64,000 bases of DNA, taken from positions 30,488 through 94,487 of the forward strand of contig JBKECM010000082.1 of assembly GCA_047974615.1 (NCBI GenBank), given 5' to 3'. The DNA comes from Lachnospirales bacterium. Its GTDB lineage: Bacteria > Bacillota > Clostridia > Lachnospirales > CAMZNU01. A model generated the notes under the pieces. That model saw nothing but the letters and a program-made list of their open reading frames with translations, ran no database searches and had not been told where the DNA came from. The translations under genes and the position numbers were made by a program. Positions 19,659 to 29,891 of this stretch are shown one piece after another; position 1 is the first letter of the stretch; each line of letters opens with the position of its first letter.

Positions 19659-20843
19659 ATGAAATTTAAAAAGGTGTATTTAATCGTTATGGATTCTGTT
19701 GGTGTAGGAGAAAGCCCTAAATCTTGTGAATATGACGATTTTGGTGTTAATACAATTTCAAATCTTGCTAAAGCTACAGGTGGTATATCATTACCGAATC
19801 TTGAAAAACTTGGTTTTGGTAATATAACTAGTATCAATGGTGTTAATGAAACAAAAAGCCCTTTAGCCTATGTAACAAAGTTAGATGAGGCTTCACTTGG
19901 AAAAGATACAATGACTGGTCATTGGGAGATGATGGGCATAAAAGTTACTAAACCTTTTAAGACTTTCACTGATACAGGTTTTCCAAAAGAACTAATTGAC
20001 GAACTTGAAAAAGCAACTAATCGTAAAATCATAGGTAATAAATCTGCTTCTGGTACTGAAATACTTGATGAGTATGGTGAACACCAAATGAAAACAGGGG
20101 ATCTAATTCTTTATACTTCAGCCGACAGTGTGTTACAAATAGCGGCTCATGAAGAAATTATTCCTCTAAATGAGTTATATGATATTTGTCAAAAGGCACG
20201 TGACTTAACTATGAAAGATGAGTGGAAGGTAGGACGTGTTATTGCTAGACCATACATTGGAACTGGTGTTAACAAATTTAATAGAACTTCAAATAGACAC
20301 GATTATGCACTTAAACCTTTTGGTAAAACTGTTTTAGATTCTTTAAAAGAAAATAACTTTGATGTAATTTCTATCGGTAAAATAAATGATATTTTTGATG
20401 GCGAAGGTATTACTGAAGCTATAAAAACTGTATCAAATGATGATGGTATGGACAAGTTAATTAGTCTTACAAATAGAGATTTTACAGGTCTTGCTTTTTT
20501 AAATCTTGTAGATTTTGATGCATTATATGGACATAGAAGAAATTCTGAAGGTTACAAAGTTTGTCTTGAAGAATTTGACTTTAAACTTGGTGAATTTCTC
20601 GATAAAATATCTGATGATGACCTTGTAATGATTACTGCTGATCATGGAAATGACCCAACATATAAGGGTACTGACCATACTCGTGAGTACGTTCCTCTTA
20701 TAATGTATAATAAAAAGTTAACTAATAATGGTACATTAGATATTGGCGAAACTTTTGCAAATATCGGTGCTACTATTGCAGAAAATTTTTCAGTAGATGT
20801 TCCTAGTGGTCTTGGTGAAAGTTACTTAAATATTTTAAAATAG
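19659..20843 (+). CDS. deoB: Phosphopentomutase
   Basis: [13 protein letters not shown]-terminus, [16 protein letters not shown] motifs. Start at ATG 19659 behind GGAGGA. Confidence 0.9.
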   Translation: MKFKKVYLIVMDSVGVGESPKSCEYDDFGVNTISNLAKATGGISLPNLEKLGFGNITSINGVNETKSPLAYVTKLDEASLGKDTMTGHWEMMGIKVTKPFKTFTDTGFPKELIDELEKATNRKIIGNKSASGTEILDEYGEHQMKTGDLILYTSADSVLQIAAHEEIIPLNELYDICQKARDLTMKDEWKVGRVIARPYIGTGVNKFNRTSNRHDYALKPFGKTVLDSLKENNFDVISIGKINDIFDGEGITEAIKTVSNDDGMDKLISLTNRDFTGLAFLNLVDFDALYGHRRNSEGYKVCLEEFDFKLGEFLDKISDDDLVMITADHGNDPTYKGTDHTREYVPLIMYNKKLTNNGTLDIGETFANIGATIAENFSVDVPSGLGESYLNILK

Positions 20844-20851
20844 GAGTGAAT

Positions 20852-22381
20852 ATGGAATATATAATTGAAATGAATAATATTTCAAAATATTTCCCTGGTA
20901 TTAAAGCTAATGATAATATTACTTTAAAACTTAAAAAAGGAAGTATTCATGCACTTTTAGGTGAAAACGGTGCTGGAAAATCCACGCTTATGAGTGTTTT
21001 ATTTGGTTTATACCAACCTGATGAAGGTGAAATTTTTGTTAAAGGTGAAAAAGTACATATTCAAAACCCTAATGTTGCCACAAAACTTGGTATTGGTATG
21101 GTTCACCAACATTTTAAGTTAATAGAATGTTATTCCGTTCTTGAAAATATTGTTTTAGGAATAGAACCTAAAAAAAGTTTTGGTAGAGTTGACTTTAACT
21201 ATGCTAAAAAAAAGATTTTAGATATTTCTAAAAAATATAATTTAGAAGTAGATTTAAATGCAAAAATAAATACTATTTCTGTTGGTATGCAACAAAGAGT
21301 TGAAATCCTAAAAATGTTGTATAGAGATGCAGATATATTAATATTTGACGAACCTACGGCTGTTCTTACTCCTACGGAAATTGATGGTTTAATGGAAGTT
21401 ATGAGAAACTTAACAAAAGAGGGGAAATCTATTGTTATTATTACTCATAAACTACGTGAGATTAAAGAAATTGCATCTGAATGTACTGTTATCAGAAAAG
21501 GTAAGGGTATTACAACTGTTGATGTTGAAAGTACTTCAATACAAGAAATGGCTGATTTAATGGTAGGTCGTAGTGTTATATTTAAAACAGAAAAAAAAGA
21601 ACCAAACCCTAAGGAAGAAATACTAAGAGTAGAAAATCTTGAAAAAATAAATTCTAGGGGGATAAAATCCCTTAAAAATGTAAACTTTTCTGTTAGAGCT
21701 GGTGAAATTTTAGGTATTGCAGGCATAGAGGGTAATGGACAAAGTGAAGTAATTGAGGCTATTACAGGTTTGGACAATAAATTTACTGGTAAAATTTTTA
21801 TTCATGGTAAAGAAGTAACAAATCTTTCTATACGTGAAAAAACTTTAAGTGGCATTGGACATATTCCAGAAGATAGACATAAATATGGTCTTGTGTTAGA
21901 TTATACTTTGGAAAACAATATTGCACTTCAAAACTATTTTAAGGAACCTATTTCTAAAAAAGGTATAATGAATAAAAAAGAAGTTACAAAGCAGTCTGAA
22001 GAAGTTATCAAAAGGTTTGATGTGCGTTCTGGACAAGGCTCAAGAACTGTGGCTCGTTCAATGTCAGGTGGTAATCAACAAAAAGCTATAATTGGTCGTG
22101 AGGTATTAAGACAACCAGATTTACTTATAGCTGCACAACCTACAAGAGGGCTTGATGTTGGTGCTATAGAGTTTATACATAAAGAGCTTATAGAGGCACG
22201 TGATAGCGGTAAAGCTGTGCTTTTAGTTTCTTTAGAACTAAGCGAGATTTTAAATGTATCTGACCGTGTCATTGTTTTCTATGAGGGCAAAGTTCAAGGT
22301 GAATTAATAACAAAAGATACAAATGAAAGAGAAATAGGACTTTATATGTCAGGTAGTATTGGAGGTCAAGATATTGAATAA
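20852..22381 (+). CDS. BMP-family (nucleoside/sugar) ABC transporter ATP-binding protein with duplicated ATPase
   Basis: Walker A GENGAGKST, signature sequences, a second degenerate NBD (MSGGNQQK). Start at ATG 20852 behind AGGAG. Confidence 0.9.
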   Translation: MEYIIEMNNISKYFPGIKANDNITLKLKKGSIHALLGENGAGKSTLMSVLFGLYQPDEGEIFVKGEKVHIQNPNVATKLGIGMVHQHFKLIECYSVLENIVLGIEPKKSFGRVDFNYAKKKILDISKKYNLEVDLNAKINTISVGMQQRVEILKMLYRDADILIFDEPTAVLTPTEIDGLMEVMRNLTKEGKSIVIITHKLREIKEIASECTVIRKGKGITTVDVESTSIQEMADLMVGRSVIFKTEKKEPNPKEEILRVENLEKINSRGIKSLKNVNFSVRAGEILGIAGIEGNGQSEVIEAITGLDNKFTGKIFIHGKEVTNLSIREKTLSGIGHIPEDRHKYGLVLDYTLENNIALQNYFKEPISKKGIMNKKEVTKQSEEVIKRFDVRSGQGSRTVARSMSGGNQQKAIIGREVLRQPDLLIAAQPTRGLDVGAIEFIHKELIEARDSGKAVLLVSLELSEILNVSDRVIVFYEGKVQGELITKDTNEREIGLYMSGSIGGQDIE

Positions 22382-23546
22382 TTTTTTAAAAAGCTTTGAC
22401 GAATCCAAAGTTAAATATTTTACACCAGTAATTTCTGTTTTTCTTGGCTTATTAGTAGGTCTTATAATTCTTTATGCTTCAGGATATAATGGTTTTGAAG
22501 CTTATCAAGAACTATTTAAAGGAAGTTTTGGCAATCTTAGAAGATTTGGAAATACACTGTCCTATATGACACCACTTATTTTTACAGGTTTATCTGTTGC
22601 GTTCGCATTTAAAACAGGACTTTTTAATATTGGTGCGAGTGGTCAATTCTATTTTGGTGGGTTTGTTGCAGTTTTACTTGGTGCAACTTTAGATTTACCT
22701 TTTGGAATACATCATATTGTTGTTATGCTAGGTGGTATGATAGGTGGTGCTTTTTGGGGATTTATTCCCGGATTTTTAAAAGCGAAGTTTAACATACATG
22801 AAGTTGTAACTTCTATTATGCTTAATTACACTTCTATATGGGTTATACAATATTTTGCAAAAACTCTTATGCCGGGTAAATATGAAACAGAGTCTTTAAC
22901 AATTATGGAAACTGCATCATATAAAAGCGATTTCTTTTATAATTTAACAGGTGGTTCAAACTTGAATTTGACATTTTTTATCGGTATTATAACTATAATC
23001 TTAATATTTATTTTGATTGAAAAAACTACTTTTGGTTTTGAACTTAAAGCAGTTGGTTTTAATAAAGATGCTGCAAAATATTCTGGTATGAAAGTTAATA
23101 GAAATATAATTGTATCTATGGCTATTGCTGGTGCTTTAGCAGGTCTTGGTGGTGCTTTATATTATACAGGTTATCGTTCAAATATAAATTATGGTGTACT
23201 TCCTAGTTTCGGTTTTGATGGTATTGCTGTGTCACTTTTAGCTTTAAATAGCTCTATTGGAGTTATGTTCTCATCATTTTTATTTGGTGTTTTACGTGGC
23301 GGTGGAGAGTTTATGGTTGCTAGTATAGGTATACCTAAAGAAATAGTTGATACTGTTATTGCTGTTATTATTTATATTTCTGCTATTTCATTACCTATTG
23401 AACTCTTTCTAATAAACATTATACGTGGTAAAAAAAATAAAAATACTAATAGTGATAAATTAGATACAATAAATGATAAAGAAAACATAAATAATATTGT
23501 TAATAATAATGCTGTAGATAATGAAATGAATAAGGAGGAAGAATAA
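22374..23546 (+). CDS. ABC transporter permease (NupP/BmpE-like)
   Basis: Polytopic membrane protein. TTG 22374 lies 7 nt after GGAGGT; the alternative TTG at 22359 is the track start. Confidence 0.8.
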   Translation: MNNFLKSFDESKVKYFTPVISVFLGLLVGLIILYASGYNGFEAYQELFKGSFGNLRRFGNTLSYMTPLIFTGLSVAFAFKTGLFNIGASGQFYFGGFVAVLLGATLDLPFGIHHIVVMLGGMIGGAFWGFIPGFLKAKFNIHEVVTSIMLNYTSIWVIQYFAKTLMPGKYETESLTIMETASYKSDFFYNLTGGSNLNLTFFIGIITIILIFILIEKTTFGFELKAVGFNKDAAKYSGMKVNRNIIVSMAIAGALAGLGGALYYTGYRSNINYGVLPSFGFDGIAVSLLALNSSIGVMFSSFLFGVLRGGGEFMVASIGIPKEIVDTVIAVIIYISAISLPIELFLINIIRGKKNKNTNSDKLDTINDKENINNIVNNNAVDNEMNKEEE

Positions 23547-24523
23547 TGTTTCAGCTTGTATATGATATTATGCCTTATGCTTTAATGTTTACTGCTCCTT
23601 TGTTACTTGCTGCATTAGGCGGTTTAGTTTCCGAACGCTCAGGTGTTGTAAATATTGCACTTGAAGGTATAATGGTTGTTGGTGCTTTTGTTTCTGCTAT
23701 TTTTATATATTATTTATTTAAAACGCCTGACGACTATTATATTGTGTGGTTAGCTTTACTTTGTAGTGGTATTGTTGGTATGCTCTTTTCATCTTTACAC
23801 GCATTTGCTAGTATAAACTTATCGGCAAACCAAGTTATCTCTGGTACTGCTTTAAATATGATGGCACCGGCTTTAACTATATTTTTTGCAAAAAAACTTA
23901 CTACTACTCAAAATGTTACTATTGTACAGTCTATTAAGCGTCAAACTATAGATGGTGAAGGTATTATTCCTTTTAACTTATCTGAAATACCTATTGTAGG
24001 TAAAATGTTTTTTACAAATGCTTATTTATCTACTTTAATTGTACTTATAATATTTTTGTTACTTTGGTATGTTTTGTTTAAAACAAGTTTTGGTATGAGA
24101 TTACGTGCTTGTGGTGAAAATCCTTCTGCTGCAGATTCAACTGGTATAAATGTAAAAGCAATGCGTTATATTGGTGTTTTGACATCTGGATTTTTAGCTG
24201 GCCTAGGTGGTGGAGTATATGTTTTAACAGTTGCTGGTGAGTTTACAGGTTCTGTAGATGGTCTTGGATTTTTAGGTTTAGGTGCTTTGATTTTTGGTAA
24301 ATGGAAGCCTTTTAATGTTCTTGGGGCTGCTTTCTTTTTTGGTTTTACAAAAACCTTAGCCTCTGTTTCACCTGTAAATGAAACCTTAAGAAACTTCAAT
24401 TTGCCTATGGAGTTTTATAATGCAATACCTTATGTTATAACTATTATTGCCTTAGTAATTTTCTCAAGTAATGCAGTTGGCCCTAAAGCTGCAGGTGAGC
24501 CATATGATAAAGGTAAAAGATAA
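23546..24523 (+). CDS. ABC transporter permease (NupQ/BmpF-like)
   Basis: 325-aa polytopic protein. Start overlaps the previous stop (ATAATG). [11 protein letters not shown] motif. Confidence 0.85.
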   Translation: MFQLVYDIMPYALMFTAPLLLAALGGLVSERSGVVNIALEGIMVVGAFVSAIFIYYLFKTPDDYYIVWLALLCSGIVGMLFSSLHAFASINLSANQVISGTALNMMAPALTIFFAKKLTTTQNVTIVQSIKRQTIDGEGIIPFNLSEIPIVGKMFFTNAYLSTLIVLIIFLLLWYVLFKTSFGMRLRACGENPSAADSTGINVKAMRYIGVLTSGFLAGLGGGVYVLTVAGEFTGSVDGLGFLGLGALIFGKWKPFNVLGAAFFFGFTKTLASVSPVNETLRNFNLPMEFYNAIPYVITIIALVIFSSNAVGPKAAGEPYDKGKR

Positions 24524-24537
24524 TTTTTGGAGGATTT

Positions 24538-25200
24538 ATGAAAAAAAGTAAATATATTGATCATACATTGTTACGTCAAGATGCTAGAAAAGAAGAAATT
24601 TTAAAATTATGTGAAGAAGCTAAAGAATATGATTTTGCTTCTGTATGTGTTAATCCAACTTGGGTTTCATTTGCAAAAGAATTACTTAATGGTAGTGGTG
24701 TAGATGTTTGTACTGTAATAGGATTTCCTCTTGGTGCAAATTCTTCTAAGGTAAAAGCATATGAAACAGAAATTGCTATTGCTGATGGTGCTACTGAAAT
24801 TGATATGGTTATAAACGTAGGTGCTTTAAAAGATAAAGACTATGATAAGGTTTATGAAGATATTAAAGCCGTTTCAACTGCTTGTAATGGTACTTTACTA
24901 AAAGTTATTATCGAAACTTGCTTACTTAATGATGATGAAAAAGTTAAAGTTTGTGAACTTGCTGTGAACGCAGGAGCAAATTTTGTAAAAACATCAACTG
25001 GTTTTTCTACTGGTGGTGCTACTAAAGAAGATATTGCACTTATGAGAAAAACTGTTGGAGAAAATATTGGTGTTAAAGCTTCAGGTGGAGTAAGAACACC
25101 AGAAGATTTTGAAATAATGATTTTAAATGGTGCTACTAGAATTGGAACTTCTGCAGGTGTAAAACTTATGCAAGGTGAAAGTTCTACAAGTAACTATTAA
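24538..25200 (+). CDS. deoC: Deoxyribose-phosphate aldolase
   Basis: IDHTLL N-terminus, FVKTSTGF Schiff-base lysine block, VKASGGVRT. Confidence 0.9.
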   Translation: MKKSKYIDHTLLRQDARKEEILKLCEEAKEYDFASVCVNPTWVSFAKELLNGSGVDVCTVIGFPLGANSSKVKAYETEIAIADGATEIDMVINVGALKDKDYDKVYEDIKAVSTACNGTLLKVIIETCLLNDDEKVKVCELAVNAGANFVKTSTGFSTGGATKEDIALMRKTVGENIGVKASGGVRTPEDFEIMILNGATRIGTSAGVKLMQGESSTSNY

Positions 25201-25219
25201 TTTTTTAGGAGGTTTTAAA

Positions 25220-25945
25220 ATGGCTATAAGTATACCTACACCTCATATTGAGGTAAAAGACAACAAAGATAATTCTGTTATTGCAAAAACAATTTTGTTA
25301 CCGGGTGACCCACTAAGAGCTAAGTTTATTGCTGATACTTTTTTAAGTGATGTAGTTATGTGGAATACTACAAGAAATGCTTTTGGTTATACAGGTACGT
25401 ATAAGGGTAAAAAGATTTCTGTTATGGGTACTGGTATGGGTATGCCATCTATTGGTATTTACTCATATGAACTTATTCATGGTTATGGTGTTGAAAATTT
25501 AATTAGAATTGGCTCAGCAGGGTCTTTCCAACCTGACTTAAATCTTTATGATATCGTTGTTGGTATGAGTGCATCTACGGACTCAAACTATGTTTCAAAC
25601 TTTAATTTACCGGGTCACTATGCACCTACAGCTTCTTTTGAACTTTTAGATAAGACTTTAAAAATCGCTAATGAAAAGGGGACTAAAGTTCGTGTAGGAA
25701 ATATTTTGTCTTCTGATGTTTTTTATGGTGATGAAATAGATTCTTGGAAAAAATGGCAAAAAATGGGCGTATTATGTGTTGAAATGGAAGCTGCAGCTTT
25801 ATATATGAATGCAGCCAGAGCTGGAGTAAACGCTCTTTGTATTTTAACTATAAGTGATAGTTTAGTTACACATGAAATTACTACTGCTAATGAAAGACAA
25901 ACTGCTTTTACTAAGATGATGGAAATAGCACTCGAATTAGCATAA
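25220..25945 (+). CDS. deoD: Purine nucleoside phosphorylase, DeoD type
   Basis: TPHI N-terminus, GMGMPSIGIYSYEL, VEMEAAALY. Start at ATG 25220 behind AGGAGG. Confidence 0.9.
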   Translation: MAISIPTPHIEVKDNKDNSVIAKTILLPGDPLRAKFIADTFLSDVVMWNTTRNAFGYTGTYKGKKISVMGTGMGMPSIGIYSYELIHGYGVENLIRIGSAGSFQPDLNLYDIVVGMSASTDSNYVSNFNLPGHYAPTASFELLDKTLKIANEKGTKVRVGNILSSDVFYGDEIDSWKKWQKMGVLCVEMEAAALYMNAARAGVNALCILTISDSLVTHEITTANERQTAFTKMMEIALELA

Positions 25946-26024
25946 AAAATACTACAAAATCTTTACTTTACATAATTAATAGTGTATAATGTTCTAAGAG
26001 ACTTATTTTATATGGAGGCATAAA

Positions 26025-27218
26025 ATGAAAAAATTATTATCTATAGGTATTATTGCAACTTTAGCTATTACTGCAACTGCATGTAGTTCAAATGAAACTC
26101 CTGCTGATACTGCTACTAGTACAGAAACTGAAGGTAGTACAGACAGCACAAGTGATTCACAAAGCACTGATGAGGCTGCTGACGTTGAATTATACAAAGT
26201 TGGTATGACTACAGACTCTGGTACTATTGATGACAAATCATTTAATCAAGGTACTTGGGAAGGTATCAAAAGATACGAGGAAGAATTTGGTACTATTGAA
26301 TCTCGTTATGTACAACCTGCTGGTGAAGCTGAACAAGATTATTTAGATGCTTATGCAAATCTTGTTGATTTAGGTTATAAAACAATTTTTAGCCCAGGAT
26401 ACAAATTTGAAACTGCTGTATATAAAGCTCAAGAGCTTTATCCAGATGTAAACTTTGTAATTTTAGATGGTTATCCACATTCAGGTGATTATGCAGCTGA
26501 TATTGCAAGTAATACAGAATCAATTTTCTTTGCTGAGCAAGAATCAGGTTTTTATGCAGGTGTAGCTTCTGCTATGTCTACAAATACTGGTAAAGTAGGT
26601 TTTATTGGTGGTTCTGAAATACCTGCTGTTCAAAAATTCGGTTGGGGTTATGTAGCTGGTATTGCATATGCAAACGAAAATTTTGGTACTGATGTTTCTG
26701 TTTCTGAATATATTTATCAAGGCACATTTACTGATATTGCTGCGGGTAAAAGCTTAGCTGGTCAGTTTTATGATAACGGTTGTGACATTATTTTTGCTGC
26801 TGCTGGTGGTGTTGGTGTTGGTGTTATTGATGAAGGTAAAACTCGCCGTTCAAACAGTGAAGATGTATGGGTAGTTGGTGTTGACGTTGACCAATATGAG
26901 TCTGGTAAAATGGCTGATGGTTCATCTGTTATTTTAACTTCTGCTATGAAAGATTTAAATGCTGCTTCTTATAATGCACTTGATGAAATTTTAAATGGTA
27001 CATTTAAAGGTTCTGAGATGATTACTCTTGATACTTCTAACGGTGGTGTAGGCTTACCAGAAGAAAATCCTAATCTTTCAGAAGAAGCTTTAGCAAAATA
27101 TGAGGAAGTATATGCATCTGTTTTAGCTGGTGATATCGTTGTTCCTTCTACAGTAGAAGATTTAGAAGCTTTCTTAAGTGAACATGGATATACTACTCCA
27201 AGTGGTGTTGTTTACTAA
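26025..27218 (+). CDS. BMP-family (PnrA-like) ABC substrate-binding lipoprotein
   Basis: Lipobox ITATAC, T/S/E-rich linker, BMP-family blocks (VGMTTDSGTIDDKSFNQ, FIGG..IP.V..F..G). Context next to the nucleoside ABC transporter. Confidence 0.85.
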   Translation: MKKLLSIGIIATLAITATACSSNETPADTATSTETEGSTDSTSDSQSTDEAADVELYKVGMTTDSGTIDDKSFNQGTWEGIKRYEEEFGTIESRYVQPAGEAEQDYLDAYANLVDLGYKTIFSPGYKFETAVYKAQELYPDVNFVILDGYPHSGDYAADIASNTESIFFAEQESGFYAGVASAMSTNTGKVGFIGGSEIPAVQKFGWGYVAGIAYANENFGTDVSVSEYIYQGTFTDIAAGKSLAGQFYDNGCDIIFAAAGGVGVGVIDEGKTRRSNSEDVWVVGVDVDQYESGKMADGSSVILTSAMKDLNAASYNALDEILNGTFKGSEMITLDTSNGGVGLPEENPNLSEEALAKYEEVYASVLAGDIVVPSTVEDLEAFLSEHGYTTPSGVVY

Positions 27219-27241
27219 TATAAACGAAATATAAATGTTTT

Positions 27242-27276
27242 AAAAGTGATGATGATTTTTTCATTATCACTTTTTT
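27242..27276 (+). terminator. Intrinsic terminator after the BMP lipoprotein gene
   Basis: AGTGATGATGA / TCATTATCACT stem (one G-U pair), T5 loop, T-run. Confidence 0.75.
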
Positions 27277-27279
27277 ATT

Positions 27280-27453
27280 TGGCAACGTTGCAAAATTCAA
27301 GAAATGGCACATTGCAAAAGGAAAAATCAAATTTTCATATTTTTGACAAACGCCTGAAATGGCAAAAAAAGCCATTTCTACAGTTTTTGTCAAAAATCGC
27401 AAAGCCGTTATTTTTCTGTGAAAATGGATTTTCTATATTTTGCAATGAAGCCA
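27280..27453 (+). mobile_element. F1 miniature inverted-repeat element, copy A (174 bp, lacks module 2)
   Basis: Starts TGGCAACGTTGCAAAAT and ends ATTTTGCAATGAAGCCA. Near-identical to the reverse complement of 50709-50941 apart from a ~50-nt internal gap. Begins 3 nt after the terminator. Confidence 0.8.
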
Positions 27454-27508
27454 TTTGGTTTAATCAACAAAAAATGGTATAAGGTAACGTTACCTATAGA
27501 TAAAAAAA

Positions 27509-27550
27509 TAGCTTATAGTGTACCTTAAGTACGCTATAAGCTATTTTTTA
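27509..27550. terminator. Bidirectional intrinsic terminator
   Basis: A-run, AGCTTATAGTGTAC / GTACGCTATAAGCT stem (one wobble), T-run. Lies between convergent genes. Confidence 0.75.
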
Positions 27551-27599
27551 GCAATTCATAGAAAATATCATATTTTGCTATGACGTCATATGGTAAATA

Positions 27600-28931
27600 T
27601 TATAATAATAAATATAGATTTTCAGGAGTAATTTCTCCTATTTCTGAAAAAATTATCCAATCATTTATAAAGTTATAAGAAAATTCTACAACTTCACCAC
27701 TGTTAAGTTCTTCAATGTATATAGGTTCAGACATAAGTTCGCCTTTTATTGTTTTTTTGTCCGTATTTTTAATAAATTTAAACCATAGATTTTCATTTGT
27801 TCTATCTATTGTAACTTTATCTTCATCTATAGGGAAAGCTGCTTTTATTCTACCCTCTAAAATTTGAAGTTCGGGATTTTTTAAATTTTTAACGAATTTT
27901 TTTAAATTTGAAACAACTTCTTGTTTTTCGATAATTTTTACGAATAAATCGAAAAATTCCCTTGCCATAGTATTTTTACGTTCTTTTTCAATTAAACTTT
28001 CTGTAAAGGTTGGTTCAACTAAAAAAGGAACTAATTCAGATAATTCTTTTGTTTTATGTTCTATATAAGCAAATGCTGTTAAATAATAATGATGCAAATT
28101 TTTTCTGTCATCACTGTTTGTTCCAATAATTCCGCGATATTTCTTTATCGCATCGCTAGAGTTATGCAATGATAGGTATATGTTTTCGCCAAGATAAATA
28201 GGCATACCTTCTTTTGGCATTCTATGTTCTACGAGGTTAGAAACTAGATATGGTAATAAAATGGAACATATTTGATAGTTTTCTAAATTTAGATTTAAAA
28301 ATTCTATATCATATATATTGCATCGTCTTAAACCTTCGGTATAAATCCACGTATTAGCCATATTATCATTAACAATATGCAAGTTGTACATATAAGATGT
28401 ATTTGGTGGTACTGAGGCGATTGCCATATTGTTTAGCCATTTTCCAGAAAAAAGAGCACGTGAAGAACAGTCTGCTAATGCACAAACTTCACCAAATAGG
28501 GTATTTACAAGTTTTAATTGAAAGAGATAAGATTTACATATATTTTCATTAAACATAATTTCAGTAACTACGCCCATAGAATTTTCTAAGGCACTCATTT
28601 CTTCCTTAGAAAGATATGTTCTTTGTAAATAATCATCTTTAACAAAATCCTTAAAATATAGTTTTACAGAATATAAGGATCCTCTAAACTCAATATTTAC
28701 CTTTCTAATGGTTTCAGAAACATATGTTTCTGTATGAAAAATAAATTCTTTAGAGTTTTTTATACTTAATATAATTTCATCAAGTACTAAATTTAAAAAA
28801 ACTATATTATCAAAGCTTTTTGTTTTTACCATCGTTTCAAGAATTTCACTTGATGCAAGGTTATAAGGTATAGCCATCATATATGAAGGTACTTGTAATA
28901 AATTTGGGTTATTTAAATTATTATTTTTCAT
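27600..28931 (-). CDS. Hypothetical protein, DUF4026-like N-terminal region and DUF2314-like C-terminus (tentative)
   Basis: 443-aa ORF, RBS GAGGTGA. Motifs TWIYTEGLRRCNIYDIEFLNL and C-terminal ENLWFKF..GELMSEPIYIEELNSGEVVEF..INDW resemble those families from memory only. Confidence 0.4.
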   Translation of the reverse strand: MKNNNLNNPNLLQVPSYMMAIPYNLASSEILETMVKTKSFDNIVFLNLVLDEIILSIKNSKEFIFHTETYVSETIRKVNIEFRGSLYSVKLYFKDFVKDDYLQRTYLSKEEMSALENSMGVVTEIMFNENICKSYLFQLKLVNTLFGEVCALADCSSRALFSGKWLNNMAIASVPPNTSYMYNLHIVNDNMANTWIYTEGLRRCNIYDIEFLNLNLENYQICSILLPYLVSNLVEHRMPKEGMPIYLGENIYLSLHNSSDAIKKYRGIIGTNSDDRKNLHHYYLTAFAYIEHKTKELSELVPFLVEPTFTESLIEKERKNTMAREFFDLFVKIIEKQEVVSNLKKFVKNLKNPELQILEGRIKAAFPIDEDKVTIDRTNENLWFKFIKNTDKKTIKGELMSEPIYIEELNSGEVVEFSYNFINDWIIFSEIGEITPENLYLLL

Positions 28932-29075
28932 TTTATCACCTCATTTACTATATTATATAAATAATTTGTGATTAATTTGTGATAGTATAGTGATAAATCT
29001 ATAAAGAAAATCAAAAAAATTTTTAAGATTGCAATAATTGGATATGTTTCTTATTCTTTATACATTTTAAAACAA

Positions 29076-29110
29076 AAATTACCATAAATAAGTGATTTTA
29101 TGGTAATTTT
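29076..29110. terminator. Bidirectional terminator downstream of the tautomerase gene
   Basis: AAATTACCATAAA / TTTATGGTAATTT 13-bp perfect stem flanked by A-run and T-run. Confidence 0.7.
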
Positions 29111-29145
29111 ATATTTTATAATTTCACAGATATAAATGTGTAAAA

Positions 29146-29364
29146 TTATTTATTTTCATTTGCTTTTTCACGAGCTTCAATTTTATCAGTTAATTGAATT
29201 CCACCGTTACCAAAGTTGTCTGAAGACTTTTCATCTATTATGATCGCTACCGTTTCTTTTGGATAGCCTGTCGAATCAGATATTGCTTCTGTAACCTTTT
29301 CAATTAAGTCTCTTTTTTTATTTCTTGTTAAACCTTCTTTTAATGATACAAATACTGTTGGCAT
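29146..29364 (-). CDS. 4-oxalocrotonate tautomerase family enzyme
   Basis: 72 aa starting MPTVFVSLKEGLT (catalytic Pro1 after Met removal), beta-alpha-beta pattern. RBS GGAGGAAA. Confidence 0.8.
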   Translation of the reverse strand: MPTVFVSLKEGLTRNKKRDLIEKVTEAISDSTGYPKETVAIIIDEKSSDNFGNGGIQLTDKIEAREKANENK

Positions 29365-29506
29365 TGTTTTCCTCCAAGTTTTTATTTTATTATATCATTT
29401 TGTAGGTTAAAGTTCAATATTGACTTTAAATATCTTGATATGAATGTGTTGAACTTAGTAGATATCTACTTTGTAACAACTAAAATACGCTATTTACTAT
29501 GCTATC

Positions 29507-29542
29507 TAATAATTTTTTTTCTACTGACTTTGTCAGCACCCT
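29507..29542 (+). repeat. Solo terminal repeat of family F2 (F2-b)
   Basis: TAATAATTTTTTTTCTACTGACTTTGTCAGCACCCT aligns with the right end of F2-a (AGTAATATTTTTTTCTATCCTTTATCAGCACCCT). No partner end nearby. Confidence 0.65.
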
Positions 29543-29576
29543 CTGGTATAGACAGTTTTATGATAAATTTTCTAAT

Positions 29577-29762
29577 TGGCAACGTTGTAAAATTCAATAA
29601 ATGGCACATCGCAAAAGAAAAAATTAAATTTACATGTGTTTGTCAAAAGTCGCAAAGCCATTGTTTTGTAAAGAACCCGACGAACAAGGGCGACGAAGTC
29701 GTTTTCACGTAGTGAAAATTCCGATTTTAAAATGGATTTTTCTATATTTTGCAATGAAGCCA
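29577..29762 (+). mobile_element. F1 miniature inverted-repeat element, copy B (186 bp, lacks module 1)
   Basis: TGGCAACGTTGTAAAAT ... ATTTTGCAATGAAGCCA. Carries the GC-rich module 2 (29677-29723). Same orientation as copy A. Confidence 0.8.
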
Positions 29763-29891
29763 ATTATAAACATCAATAAAAAATGCAGTAAAGAAAAATT
29801 CTTTTAAATATTGACATTATTTGATATTTGTTTTAAAATTTTTATATATAATACATTAAAAAATTTTGTGTGAATTTAAGTGAGGGGAAGA

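Noticed and set aside
27580-27591. TATGACGTCATA, a perfect 12-nt palindrome (CRE-like TGACGTCA core) next to the stop of the 443-aa gene.
   Set aside because: It is a single occurrence with no second copy or associated regulator. Short perfect palindromes are expected by chance.
29572-29763. ORFs with a conserved peptide (MASLQNIEKSI..SEFSLRENDFVALVRR..) at 29572-29763(-) and 50708-50965(+), plus related ORFs at 27193-27402(-), 27246-27482(+), 29440-29712(+) and 50742-50942(-).
   Set aside because: They lie entirely within F1 repeat copies. Their ATG is part of the terminal repeat (ATGGCTTCA), and no RBS is present. All five nucleotide differences I could score between the B and C copies in the shared frame are non-synonymous (F/L, I/K, I/V, W/R). 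The frame is also broken differently in each copy. The conservation is that of a repeat, not of a coding sequence.
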